From an uncultured Candidatus Saccharibacteria bacterium (GTDB lineage Bacteria > Patescibacteriota > Saccharimonadia > Saccharimonadales > CAZVRA01): 64,000 nucleotides of DNA. Positions 9,431 to 18,627 of the stretch are shown piece by piece. Positions within the stretch are counted from its first letter, which is position 1, and each line of letters starts with the position of its first letter. Both the position numbers and the translations under genes were made by a program. The stretch lies in NCBI GenBank assembly GCA_964630055.1, contig CAZVRA010000001.1, positions 27,569 through 91,568 of the forward strand. Direction: 5' to 3'. Under the pieces are notes generated by a model, which was not told the origin of the DNA, made no database searches, and worked only from the letters and a program-made list of their open reading frames with translations.

Positions 9431-10246
9431 ATGAGACGGTATATAAAAAAAGAGAACACAGCATTATTAAGAGAATTAGTAGCTTCTGATTTTAAATTAA
9501 GATATCAGGGTTCAGTGTTGGGATACGCCTGGTCGCTTTTAAGGCCACTCTTTATGTTTGCTATTTTGTATATTGTTTTTGCTCTGGTCTTTAAGGCTGG
9601 TAAAGGGGTGCCACACTACCCGGTTTACCTGCTGTTAGGAATTGTTCTATGGAACTTTTTTACTGAGATGACTCAACAAAGTCTAGGAGCTATTGTTGCG
9701 CGCGGCCAGTTAATACGAAAAATACGTATACCCAGATGGTTGATTATTGTATCTACCAGTATCAGCGCACTAATTAATTTGGCCTTAAACCTTTTTGTGG
9801 TAGTGGTATTTGCTCTTATAAACCATCTTAATTTTACGAGTAGTGTTGTCCTGCTTCCGTTTTACATACTAGAGATTTACTTGTTGGCATTAGGACTATC
9901 ATTGATCTTGTCGGCAATGTATGTTCGTTATCGAGACATTGGCTATATTTGGGATTTATTTATTCAGGCTGGGTTTTATGCTACTCCTATTCTGTATCCC
10001 ATAACTACTACTAGTAATATGCTGTCTGGTCATTGGGGTGCCTTAAAACTTATGTACCTTAACCCCTTGGCACAAGCGATTCAAGGAGCAAGAAATTCAT
10101 TCGTTACAAAAGAGACTTTAACTATTGGGGAAGTTTGGCATAGCCAATATGCTGTTTTGATGACCCTGGGAATTATTGGTGGGTTTTTGTTATATGGTAT
10201 TTTGTATTTCAAGAAGCGCGCTGACAGCTTCGCGGAGGATATTTAG
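9431..10246 (+). CDS. ABC-2 type polysaccharide/teichoic-acid export permease (Wzm/TagG-like)
   Basis: Six-TM ABC-2 architecture. It sits immediately upstream of a Wzt/TagH-like ATPase, with a 2-nt gap. Confidence 0.8.
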   Translation: MRRYIKKENTALLRELVASDFKLRYQGSVLGYAWSLLRPLFMFAILYIVFALVFKAGKGVPHYPVYLLLGIVLWNFFTEMTQQSLGAIVARGQLIRKIRIPRWLIIVSTSISALINLALNLFVVVVFALINHLNFTSSVVLLPFYILEIYLLALGLSLILSAMYVRYRDIGYIWDLFIQAGFYATPILYPITTTSNMLSGHWGALKLMYLNPLAQAIQGARNSFVTKETLTIGEVWHSQYAVLMTLGIIGGFLLYGILYFKKRADSFAEDI

Positions 10247-10248
10247 TT

Positions 10249-11439
10249 ATGCAGTATGATGCTCCGGCAATAAGTGTCAAGCAGGTTAGTAAATCATTTA
10301 AACTGCCCAAAGAAAGAGTATCCTCCATTAAAGGACTTTTTGTCGGCATGTTCAGGGGCAAGCGGACATATAATAAACAGAGAGTACTCAATAATATATC
10401 GTTCGATATAGGTAAGGGCGAGTTTTTTGGCATCGTTGGACGAAACGGATCTGGTAAGAGCACTCTACTTAAATTATTGGCTGGTATTTATTCCCCAGAA
10501 CATGGCTCTATTGAGATCAATGGCAAATTAACACCTTTTATTGAACTAGGAGTTGGTTTCAGCCCTGATCTTACCGGCCGAGAAAATGTATTTTTAAACG
10601 GTGCTTTGCTTGGTTTTAATCGCAAAGAGATGGATGCAATGTACGATGACATTGTAGATTTTGCGGAACTACACGGTTTTATGGATCAAAAGCTAAAAAA
10701 TTACTCTTCAGGTATGCAGGTTCGTCTAGCATTTTCTATAGCTATTAAGGCGCAGAACGATATATTATTGTTAGACGAAGTGCTAGCCGTTGGTGATGAG
10801 GCCTTTCAGTCAAAATGTTTAGATATATTTGAGCAGTATAAGGCTAACGATCAAACAGTTATTTTGGTGACTCACGATATGGAGGCGGTGCGTAAGTTTT
10901 GTGATAGAGCCCTACTAATTAATGATGGCCATATAATGCAGATCGGCAATCCGCGCGAAATAGCTGACACATACAGTGAGCTTAACAGGGATTCTGGCAG
11001 TGAAGTACCAGATATTAAGATGTCCAAGATAAGTAGTATAAAAACAATTCTGACTATTGTCGGGAGCTCTATAAAACAAAAAGATAAACCCGTATTTTTT
11101 GATATTGGCCAACAGGCGACGCTGTCTATAAGATGGGATGATACACTCAACGTCGATTCAGTAATGGTTGATTTATTTAAAAATAGTGGTGAGCATGTTT
11201 CAGGTTTTAATACTAAAAGAGAAGATGTGCAAGTTAGCGGCAACTCAGTGGCGGTCGATGTTAAGTTGGAACTGAGTCCAGACAAATATTATTTTTCGGT
11301 TCAGACCAGAGACAAAGAAGAAAAACCCCTAGAAACTAATTACAAGACATCAAAATTTACTATTAACAGAAGCTGGAAAGACGGAATTGATCTTTGGTCA
11401 GGCATGATGCCAATAGAACACAAATGGCATAAAGAGTAA
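10249..11439 (+). CDS. ABC transporter ATP-binding protein (Wzt/TagH-like) with an extra C-terminal domain of about 150 aa
   Basis: Walker A GRNGSGKST, signature YSSGMQVRL, Walker B ILLLDEVLAVGD. Residues from about 250 to 396 lie beyond the NBD. Confidence 0.85.
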   Translation: MQYDAPAISVKQVSKSFKLPKERVSSIKGLFVGMFRGKRTYNKQRVLNNISFDIGKGEFFGIVGRNGSGKSTLLKLLAGIYSPEHGSIEINGKLTPFIELGVGFSPDLTGRENVFLNGALLGFNRKEMDAMYDDIVDFAELHGFMDQKLKNYSSGMQVRLAFSIAIKAQNDILLLDEVLAVGDEAFQSKCLDIFEQYKANDQTVILVTHDMEAVRKFCDRALLINDGHIMQIGNPREIADTYSELNRDSGSEVPDIKMSKISSIKTILTIVGSSIKQKDKPVFFDIGQQATLSIRWDDTLNVDSVMVDLFKNSGEHVSGFNTKREDVQVSGNSVAVDVKLELSPDKYYFSVQTRDKEEKPLETNYKTSKFTINRSWKDGIDLWSGMMPIEHKWHKE

Positions 11440-11467
11440 GCGCTATCAATAAAATAGATCAATATGC

Positions 11468-12430
11468 TTATGTGGTTTTCCTGCCAAGCCTGAATTGGAT
11501 GAAATTGTTGATTCTATGTTTGACGGTACGAAGACCGCTGCGTCCAGTGCTACAGATGATAAATAACTGCTTAATTGCTACCCAAATACGACCATTTTTA
11601 GCTTGAATAAAGCTCAATTCTGTTAGATCTCGCAAAACTACGTTTTTTCTAGCCGCTCCATGCTTAGGATCTTCAGTTAAGTAGCTACTTAGGTTTTTTA
11701 CTAGTCGACGCCTTGGCACCAAAGAAAAATGATGAGTCTTGCCAAAATTAGTTAGATTAACCTTCATAAATTCTTCCATAACTTTGGACTTAGTAGATGT
11801 TATGCCGTCTGGGTTTATTCTCCAGCGGAATAGTGTTTGAGGTAATACGCATATATCACCTAGATGCACCATCTTGCTCCAGAGTTCATAGTCTTCGGTT
11901 GGCCCGCAGTCTGGATTGTACCCACCCGCTTCTATAAAGGCCGATCTGCGCATCATAATAGAGCCATGAGCTATTGGGTTGCGAAATAGCATAGCACGCA
12001 TTATATCGGATTTTTTAGTTGGTACAGAATCATTATAGATGACCTCGCCATCTTCGTTAATTACGTCAAAATTGCTAGCTACCAAAATGCAATTATGCTT
12101 ATTGTCAAGGACTTTCTTCTGAAATTCAAATCGCCTGGGTAGTGCAATATCGTCGGCATCTATACGGGCTAGATACTCTCCTTGCGCCACCTGGACCGCA
12201 TTGTTGAGCGCAGCTACTAAACCCTTATTTTCTTGGTTAACTATTTTAATTCTAGAATCAAAATTTTGATATTTTTTTAATATGCTAGCCGACCTATCTG
12301 TTGAGCCGTCGTTTACGGCTATAATCTCAAAATTTTCAAATGTCTGGTTGATAAGACTATGTAATGTTTCGGCTAAGAATGCCTCGCCATTATAAACTGG
12401 CAACAGGACCGATATTTTTGGTCTTTTCAT
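11468..12430 (-). CDS. GT2-family glycosyltransferase
   Basis: ISVLLPVYNGE, AVNDGSTDRS and RIDADDI motifs. Confidence 0.8.
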   Translation of the reverse strand: MKRPKISVLLPVYNGEAFLAETLHSLINQTFENFEIIAVNDGSTDRSASILKKYQNFDSRIKIVNQENKGLVAALNNAVQVAQGEYLARIDADDIALPRRFEFQKKVLDNKHNCILVASNFDVINEDGEVIYNDSVPTKKSDIMRAMLFRNPIAHGSIMMRRSAFIEAGGYNPDCGPTEDYELWSKMVHLGDICVLPQTLFRWRINPDGITSTKSKVMEEFMKVNLTNFGKTHHFSLVPRRRLVKNLSSYLTEDPKHGAARKNVVLRDLTELSFIQAKNGRIWVAIKQLFIICSTGRSGLRTVKHRINNFIQFRLGRKTT

Positions 12431-12498
12431 GCTATAAACACTATAGCATTTTAATCAATAAAAAACAGCTGTCCATCGTTAATTGTTGGGCTTAGTAG

Positions 12499-14667
12499 CT
12501 AATAACCTATTTGCTCTAACATTTTAGAAATGGCTTCTACATATGACTCTTGGGCGTGCATTCGACCAATTATGTCTGCAGCATTTTGTACTGTTCGAAG
12601 GCGAAGGTCTTGATCGGTCAATTCTAATATTTGCTGGGCGTACTCTTCTGCATTGTAAATGTCTTGCACTAAAAGTCCACAACTATTGTTCAGTAATTCT
12701 GGTATACCGCCTACGTTGCTGGCAACAATTGGCAGCGCAGCTTGAGTTGCTTCAAAAAGTACATTTGGCGTACCGTCGAAAGCAGAGGTATATAGATATA
12801 TATCATATTTATGAGTTGGTATGGCAGCAAAACCATCGTATGGACCATGATATTTAACATTTTGGGGCAATCTGCTTAGAAAATTTGTGTCGTATCCCGG
12901 ATCTATCTGTCCATACATATCTATAGTGATATCATTTGGTTGCAATAACCTGCCGATTGATGGGATCATATACGCTAGCTTCTCTGGTGCCAGACGAGCT
13001 GCCCACAATACTTTTAACTTAGTGTTGCTATGTGAATGTTTTTGTTTGGCGAGGTTCTTTTGTTTCTGAAGGTCTAAATCAACTGGTTGACGGTGCACCT
13101 TTATTAATTTAGTATCAAACCCATATTCGTCTCGCCACATATTTGCCACAGCTATATTGTCTGTAGTTACGGCACTGAGAAGTTCGTATATGGCTGGAAC
13201 GTGAGTATGTGAGTAGCCAAATATTTTACCGACTTTATTAATACTTTGGCTAAACGATGTAGCGACAATTTTTTTGCCGGTATTTATAATATAGTTCTCA
13301 TGTTTCAACACGAAATCATAGGCAAGCGCCGAATTAATTATGTGCAAATATGAAGCTCCCGAGTTTTCTATAAACTGTTCCATTAATCTATCAATTTGTT
13401 CTGCGGCCAGATTGCTGGTTATATTGCCGAAATCAACAAAGTCTATGTTGCCTAGTTTATTTGCCCAAACTGATTGACTGGGCAGGGTTGCCAATACTAA
13501 TACGCGTTTGCTGGGCCGCAGTTTCTGGATAGTTCTTGCGTAATTAATTGCAAAAAGGTCGGCGCCTCCTTTTATCATCCAAGGCACAAAAATGATGTAG
13601 TCATAATAATCATGCTTTGTGATGTCAACAAGCTTTTTGTATGCAAAACCAGTTTGGTAATGCGTGTCGGTCAAAGACTTATATTTCTGAACTGAAACAA
13701 TCAATTCTTTATCAGGGAATAAGTTTTTATCAATACTATTAATATCTCGCCACTCGTTTACTAGCCAATCAGGTAATTGGCTAACCTTTTGTGGCCTACC
13801 TTGCAATGCTAATTGTTGATATAAAGAAAATGCCCTGCGACCTAGACCATAACGTTTGGCAATTAATTTAAGCTGGTTTTTAATACCTGGTTTACTAATT
13901 AGTTTGGATGTATTTGGTTTTTCTATTTCTAAAGAACGTATGTGCTTAAAACATAGCAGTGGGTTAGATTTTAGCAAAGTCTTTTGCTCGCGATGGCTAT
14001 CCCAAACCGAACCATGTGATTTTCTACGTACGAACATCGTTGTTTCTGGTATGGTTATATTGCGGACAGACTCATATATGAGCATGCAGCTAAATAGCCA
14101 ATCCTCGAATCCATAGCCAGGCTCATCTACCGGATAACCGATTTTTTTAAATATTTCTGTGGGCCCAAAAATAATTGCGTTCCAACGACCAGACCAAACA
14201 CTTAATAGACTATCTGTTGATCTATTTGTTTCACCATATTTTTGTACTATAGCACTCATGTCGCCGAACTCGACTGTCATGTCTGAGTGAGCAACATAAT
14301 TTTTATTAGGCTTAGATTCCAGGGTTTTGTAGGCTTCTAAAATCCAGTTCTTGCTCATTAGGTCATCGCCATCTATGAGCGATATGTATGTTCCGTTAGC
14401 TTTATCTATGCAAAAACGCCTAGATCTTCCGGGTCCTCCAAAGGTATTGGTATATATTGTGTAGCCGGGAAAATATTCGGGTAGTCGGTTTAGATATTTT
14501 TTTAGTTCTGTAGTCGGGTTGTCTGCATGTACAATAACTTCAATAGTTAAATCGGGTATGTTGAGCCGTACAAAATCAATACTGCGTTTTATGCTGAGCA
14601 ATGTTTTGTGCAGAACAATACCTTCTCGGTGGCAAGTAACCGCAACAGTGACGTCTATGGTTGGCAT
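12499..14667 (-). CDS. Two-domain glycosyltransferase: N-terminal GT2-like plus C-terminal GT4-like
   Basis: The N-terminus has VAVTCHREG...IDGDDLMSKNW (GT-A DxD). The C-terminus has SAFDGTPNVLFEATQAALPIVASNVGGIPELL (GT4). Confidence 0.7.
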   Translation of the reverse strand: MPTIDVTVAVTCHREGIVLHKTLLSIKRSIDFVRLNIPDLTIEVIVHADNPTTELKKYLNRLPEYFPGYTIYTNTFGGPGRSRRFCIDKANGTYISLIDGDDLMSKNWILEAYKTLESKPNKNYVAHSDMTVEFGDMSAIVQKYGETNRSTDSLLSVWSGRWNAIIFGPTEIFKKIGYPVDEPGYGFEDWLFSCMLIYESVRNITIPETTMFVRRKSHGSVWDSHREQKTLLKSNPLLCFKHIRSLEIEKPNTSKLISKPGIKNQLKLIAKRYGLGRRAFSLYQQLALQGRPQKVSQLPDWLVNEWRDINSIDKNLFPDKELIVSVQKYKSLTDTHYQTGFAYKKLVDITKHDYYDYIIFVPWMIKGGADLFAINYARTIQKLRPSKRVLVLATLPSQSVWANKLGNIDFVDFGNITSNLAAEQIDRLMEQFIENSGASYLHIINSALAYDFVLKHENYIINTGKKIVATSFSQSINKVGKIFGYSHTHVPAIYELLSAVTTDNIAVANMWRDEYGFDTKLIKVHRQPVDLDLQKQKNLAKQKHSHSNTKLKVLWAARLAPEKLAYMIPSIGRLLQPNDITIDMYGQIDPGYDTNFLSRLPQNVKYHGPYDGFAAIPTHKYDIYLYTSAFDGTPNVLFEATQAALPIVASNVGGIPELLNNSCGLLVQDIYNAEEYAQQILELTDQDLRLRTVQNAADIIGRMHAQESYVEAISKMLEQIGY

Positions 14668-14692
14668 AGGCTTATTATATATGATACCAGCC

Positions 14693-17356
14693 TTAAGGAG
14701 TAACGTTCAGAGTAGTATTCCGTGTAATGCTAGAGTCCGCACTAACAGGAAAAGTGTTGGTCCATGTGTTATTGTACAGATTTGATATGAAAACGTAATA
14801 ATTACCAGCGCTACTAAAACTGCGACTCTTAGAGTATGTAAGTGAAGAATTTGCTGGTATTGTCATATTCTCTATGCCAGGAAAATCTACAATTCGTCCA
14901 GATGGGTCACGTGCTGCCACAATAGCCAACCCAGTATTGGCGGCATTATTGCTAAAGTTGCGTACGGTAAAGGTGGCGGTTACTGCCTGCCCGCTACTCG
15001 GGTTGCTTGGCGAAAGTGACAGTCCGCTTGTAATAACAGGGTTGTCCTTGAAGGTGGTGTTCATACTACGCACGATAGAGCCATCTTTTGGTAATGGATA
15101 ATTTGATTCCCACTGACCGTAGCGTAGGCTAGTTACAAAAAATCTGTAAGTACCTGACTTATCGAATACCCTGGACTTAGAATATGAGTAAGTAGTGTTG
15201 GGTGGTATCGTCATGTTAATATCTGCGGGAAAATCAACAATATTGTTTTGAGGATCTCTTGCACCAACTAAGAGCATATCTATGGACTCTGGTCTGTCAC
15301 TATCATTCCTCAAATCAAAAGAGGCCGTAACTGTGTCGCCTCGTACTGGTGTAGCTGGACTTAGGGTAAGATTTGTCTGAATTAACGGGTTATCTTTTAC
15401 ATTGAAATTAATTGTTCGGCTAACAGAGTTGTCTTGAGCCGCCGGATAGCTAGTGTCCCAGGTATTATTTTGGAATGTCGCAATAAAGGCTCTATAGTTG
15501 CCAGCTTGCTCAAAGCTACGACTTTTAGAATACGTGTAAGTGCTTTTAGCAGGTATTGTAATATCGAAGTCTGAAGGAAAATCAACAATATTGTTTTGAG
15601 GATCTCGAGCTGCTAGGAATATCTGTTTTATGGTAACGGGGTTTAGCGCATCGTTAGTGACTGCAAAGCTAGCAGTTACATTTTTGCCCTTAGCTGGATT
15701 GGCTATAGATAGTTGTGGCGAGCTAGAAAGTAGGGGATTGCTATTTATGGTTATGCTAGCACTACGGTTAATTCCTGGCACCGATGCTGGCTGGGATGAA
15801 GACCAACTACCATCGTACCAGCTACCAACTGTAACCGAGTAGGTGCCCGCCTGAGGGAAGCTTCTGGATTTCGTGTAAATCAAAGAGCTTTCCGCGTTTA
15901 TGGTTACATTTTGGTCTGCAGGAAAATCAAAATTTCCTGCTATATTACCACGTCCGATAAAGAGTGGATAACTTATACTTACTGCTTGCTTACTTAGGTT
16001 CTGTAAAGTCATAGAGACGTCTACACTCTGTCCACCAATTGCCGATGTTGGATTAAAGCTTGGACCGGCGCTTATTATTGGGTTTGGAAGTACGGATTTA
16101 CTTATGCTTCTTGATAGATTACCGCTAACATCATAAGGATAAAAATTACCAGCCCATCCGCCCAGGTTATTATCAAACGAGCAAACAAATATGTTTAGAT
16201 TACCAGATAGGCTAAGGTTTTTAGTGTAGCTAATAGTTTTGATTTCGCCAGGAGCCAAGTAGATGTCGTTTTGGAAGCCAAAATCGTAATAGGCTCCGTC
16301 ATTGCGTGCGCAAATGCCCAATCCACCAACTTTGATCGTGTATGCCGAGGAATTCCTCACTTCATAGGAGGCGGTTAAGTTTTCACCCCTGTATATACCT
16401 GAGGTGCTGGGTGTTGTAATCGTAAGACCTTTATTTAGAGTCACACTGGCATTGTATAGTCTGGTAGAGCCAAATAAATCCGAAAAAACTCTCCAGAAAT
16501 TACGATTACCATAAGCGCTACAACCATCACCAGTGCCATATAGATTATTTAATGCTGCCTGATTGGGCTGATAGGGCGTATAAGTGTATAGTGCCGCTGT
16601 AGCGCGATTTTGTATATATACGTCAGATCCGCCGCAGCCAGATGGGGCAACATTCCAAAGGATAAAATTAAATCTATAGGGTTTTTTATACTGCCACCAT
16701 GGTTGATCCATGTTATCTAGATACCATCTGAGTAGTGATGCGGCCTCATTCATCTGTAAAGAGAACCCGCCGTAATTAATATCGCAATTTGCTGAACCAC
16801 CTGGTCCGCTATCAGGGCAATGGGCACCCATAGCGTAAGTAAATTGCTTACGAAATGGCCAATCATCAGAGGTTAACGGGCCAGCCGATTCGGTCGCTAA
16901 TTTTACAAGCAAAACTTTAGGGTTGATGTTGTAACGCTGAGCAGCATTCCATATTAGTTGAGCCGCGCTCTGTGAGCCAGCAGGCCGCCAGCCGTCGGTT
17001 CGACCATAGTTACTTTCTGGTAGCCAATTACCGGGGCTAGTTTTTGGAACTTCGTAGTAATCTTTCAAGCAGGTGAAAGGAACGGGGTTACCTTTGCTAG
17101 CGCCATATTGGGCACGTGTTCCGCCACCGAACTCTGAAGTTTTGGTACCCCAGGTGTCGCAAGAAATTACTTTACTATTTAAAAATGACTGAATTTGGTC
17201 GACAGACATATCATACTTATTGACAAACATAGCGTCTTCTATAATATTGCCAGATTGCCAGTCGGCAGCATTAGCAGCAAAGGCCTTTACCGGCAAAAGT
17301 ATTGCGCTAATAATACTCAATGCTATTATTACAGCTACGAATCTGAAACTTTTCAT
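14693..17356 (-). CDS. Secreted 887-aa protein: signal peptide, Cys-rich N-terminal globular domain of about 270 aa, then five Ig-like repeats of about 116 aa
   Basis: Signal peptide MKSFRFVAVIIALSIISAILLPVKAFA|AN. Repeats start at residues ~306, 425, 540, 656 and 772. Each carries NP(L/V)I...VTA.F.V.N...ARDP...IVDFP...TIP...YSKSRSF..(A/S)G.Y. Confidence 0.7.
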   Translation of the reverse strand: MKSFRFVAVIIALSIISAILLPVKAFAANAADWQSGNIIEDAMFVNKYDMSVDQIQSFLNSKVISCDTWGTKTSEFGGGTRAQYGASKGNPVPFTCLKDYYEVPKTSPGNWLPESNYGRTDGWRPAGSQSAAQLIWNAAQRYNINPKVLLVKLATESAGPLTSDDWPFRKQFTYAMGAHCPDSGPGGSANCDINYGGFSLQMNEAASLLRWYLDNMDQPWWQYKKPYRFNFILWNVAPSGCGGSDVYIQNRATAALYTYTPYQPNQAALNNLYGTGDGCSAYGNRNFWRVFSDLFGSTRLYNASVTLNKGLTITTPSTSGIYRGENLTASYEVRNSSAYTIKVGGLGICARNDGAYYDFGFQNDIYLAPGEIKTISYTKNLSLSGNLNIFVCSFDNNLGGWAGNFYPYDVSGNLSRSISKSVLPNPIISAGPSFNPTSAIGGQSVDVSMTLQNLSKQAVSISYPLFIGRGNIAGNFDFPADQNVTINAESSLIYTKSRSFPQAGTYSVTVGSWYDGSWSSSQPASVPGINRSASITINSNPLLSSSPQLSIANPAKGKNVTASFAVTNDALNPVTIKQIFLAARDPQNNIVDFPSDFDITIPAKSTYTYSKSRSFEQAGNYRAFIATFQNNTWDTSYPAAQDNSVSRTINFNVKDNPLIQTNLTLSPATPVRGDTVTASFDLRNDSDRPESIDMLLVGARDPQNNIVDFPADINMTIPPNTTYSYSKSRVFDKSGTYRFFVTSLRYGQWESNYPLPKDGSIVRSMNTTFKDNPVITSGLSLSPSNPSSGQAVTATFTVRNFSNNAANTGLAIVAARDPSGRIVDFPGIENMTIPANSSLTYSKSRSFSSAGNYYVFISNLYNNTWTNTFPVSADSSITRNTTLNVTP
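14696..16441 (-). repeat. In-frame tandem domain repeats, period ~348 bp (116 codons), 5 copies
   Basis: A 31-nt exact DNA repeat, ggaaaatcaacaatattgttttgaggatctc, occurs at 15228-15258 and 15576-15606, offset 348 bp. The other copies are diverged at DNA level but conserved at protein level. Confidence 0.8.
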
Positions 17357-17868
17357 TTTGCCTCGATCGAAGTTGATGCCTCACTTACCTTTTTACTATT
17401 CTGTAGAATCTCTAAACTTATTTGCCAATTGCCTTGACCAATTTCATTGACAGGTATGTTAAAGCCAGCACAGCTGGAAAATTCAGGTTGGTATATTAGG
17501 GCGGTTGTTTTTTTGGTAGAGGACTGGCCGTTATTAATCGTCAGACTACAATCACCACTGCCAAGACCAGTAACTTTTGTTAGTACTACAACAGAGTTAT
17601 TTTGTTGATTGGCTGTTATGCTAGATACGATGCTAGGTTGGGGCTGAGGATTGTTTGAACCGTTATCGGAATTGGTTTTTGGGTTACCCGTGTCGTTGGT
17701 ACTATTAATAAATTGTTCCTTTTTTTGCTGGTTCTGAGCGGTTTCCTGTTGCTGGTTAATTTTTTGCTGTTTCTGTTCTGGAGTCTCGCGGTTAATAAAA
17801 ATATAAGACACTACAGCTAGGGCTATGAGACTCGTGCAGATAATTATTAATGATTTTTTATTTTTCAT
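17353..17868 (-). CDS. Membrane-anchored/secreted Gln-rich small protein, unknown function
   Basis: N-terminal TM anchor (LIIICTSLIALAVVSYIF) and a low-complexity Q/N-rich linker. Its stop overlaps the start of the 887-aa gene by 4 nt, which suggests an operon. Confidence 0.5.
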   Translation of the reverse strand: MKNKKSLIIICTSLIALAVVSYIFINRETPEQKQQKINQQQETAQNQQKKEQFINSTNDTGNPKTNSDNGSNNPQPQPSIVSSITANQQNNSVVVLTKVTGLGSGDCSLTINNGQSSTKKTTALIYQPEFSSCAGFNIPVNEIGQGNWQISLEILQNSKKVSEASTSIEAK

Positions 17869-17935
17869 TTTATGGCTTATTTACCCATTAAGCATTAACT
17901 CTATGTCATTATATCATAGATAAAATAAATGCAAT

Positions 17936-18607
17936 ATGCTAGTATGTTACTCGAGTATGGGTAAAACAAACAAAGAAATTATATCTTTTCTGAGTAGTCT
18001 GTCTCTGGATTCCGGGCTAATTCAGAAATTAAAGGTTAAATATCGACCCTTAGTCTGTCCATTTGAGGACCTTCTAAGTTTCACCGATAGTAAAAGGAGT
18101 GCTTTCGATGTTGGTTGTGGCGCCGGCCAATTTTGCGCACTGCTGGCAGAATTTACAGATTTAAAAAAAATACATGGCATAGAGATTGATCGAGAACTGG
18201 TTAATCGAGCTGGCGTAATAGCTAATCAGATTGAAAAAGGCAAAAAACTTACTTTCTCATATTTTGATGGCAAGACAATACCGAATAGTATAAAAAAATA
18301 TGATTTGGTTTATATGATTGACGTCTATCATCATGTGCCTACGGATGTCAGAGAAGACATGATGAAACAGATATTTCAGAAAATGAAGCGTGGAGCAATA
18401 CTTGTTTTTAAGGACATAGATAGAAGCTCTCCGCTGGTAATCTTCAACAAGATCCATGATTTAGTTTTTGCTCATGAGTTTGGTCACGAGATATCTTTTA
18501 GAAATGCTAAAGATATGCTATCGGGACTTGGCTATGAGATAACAGCTACTGATCGCAAGAATATAAAAGTATACCCTCATTATTTGGTGGTGGCTCGTAA
18601 GTCGTAA
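17936..18607 (+). CDS. Class I SAM-dependent methyltransferase
   Basis: Motif I FDVGCGAGQF plus a post-I acidic residue. An alternative start exists at Met8 (17957). Confidence 0.75.
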   Translation: MLVCYSSMGKTNKEIISFLSSLSLDSGLIQKLKVKYRPLVCPFEDLLSFTDSKRSAFDVGCGAGQFCALLAEFTDLKKIHGIEIDRELVNRAGVIANQIEKGKKLTFSYFDGKTIPNSIKKYDLVYMIDVYHHVPTDVREDMMKQIFQKMKRGAILVFKDIDRSSPLVIFNKIHDLVFAHEFGHEISFRNAKDMLSGLGYEITATDRKNIKVYPHYLVVARKS

Positions 18608-18627
18608 TTACTACAGGTCACTAAAAT

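Noticed and set aside
14696-16441. Periodic 348-bp repeats, considered as a CRISPR array or as a diversity-generating retroelement TR/VR pair.
   Set aside because: The repeats are in-frame protein domain repeats within one long ORF and have no spacer/repeat architecture. No reverse transcriptase or Avd-like gene is in the window, and there is no adenine-specific mismatch pattern between copies.
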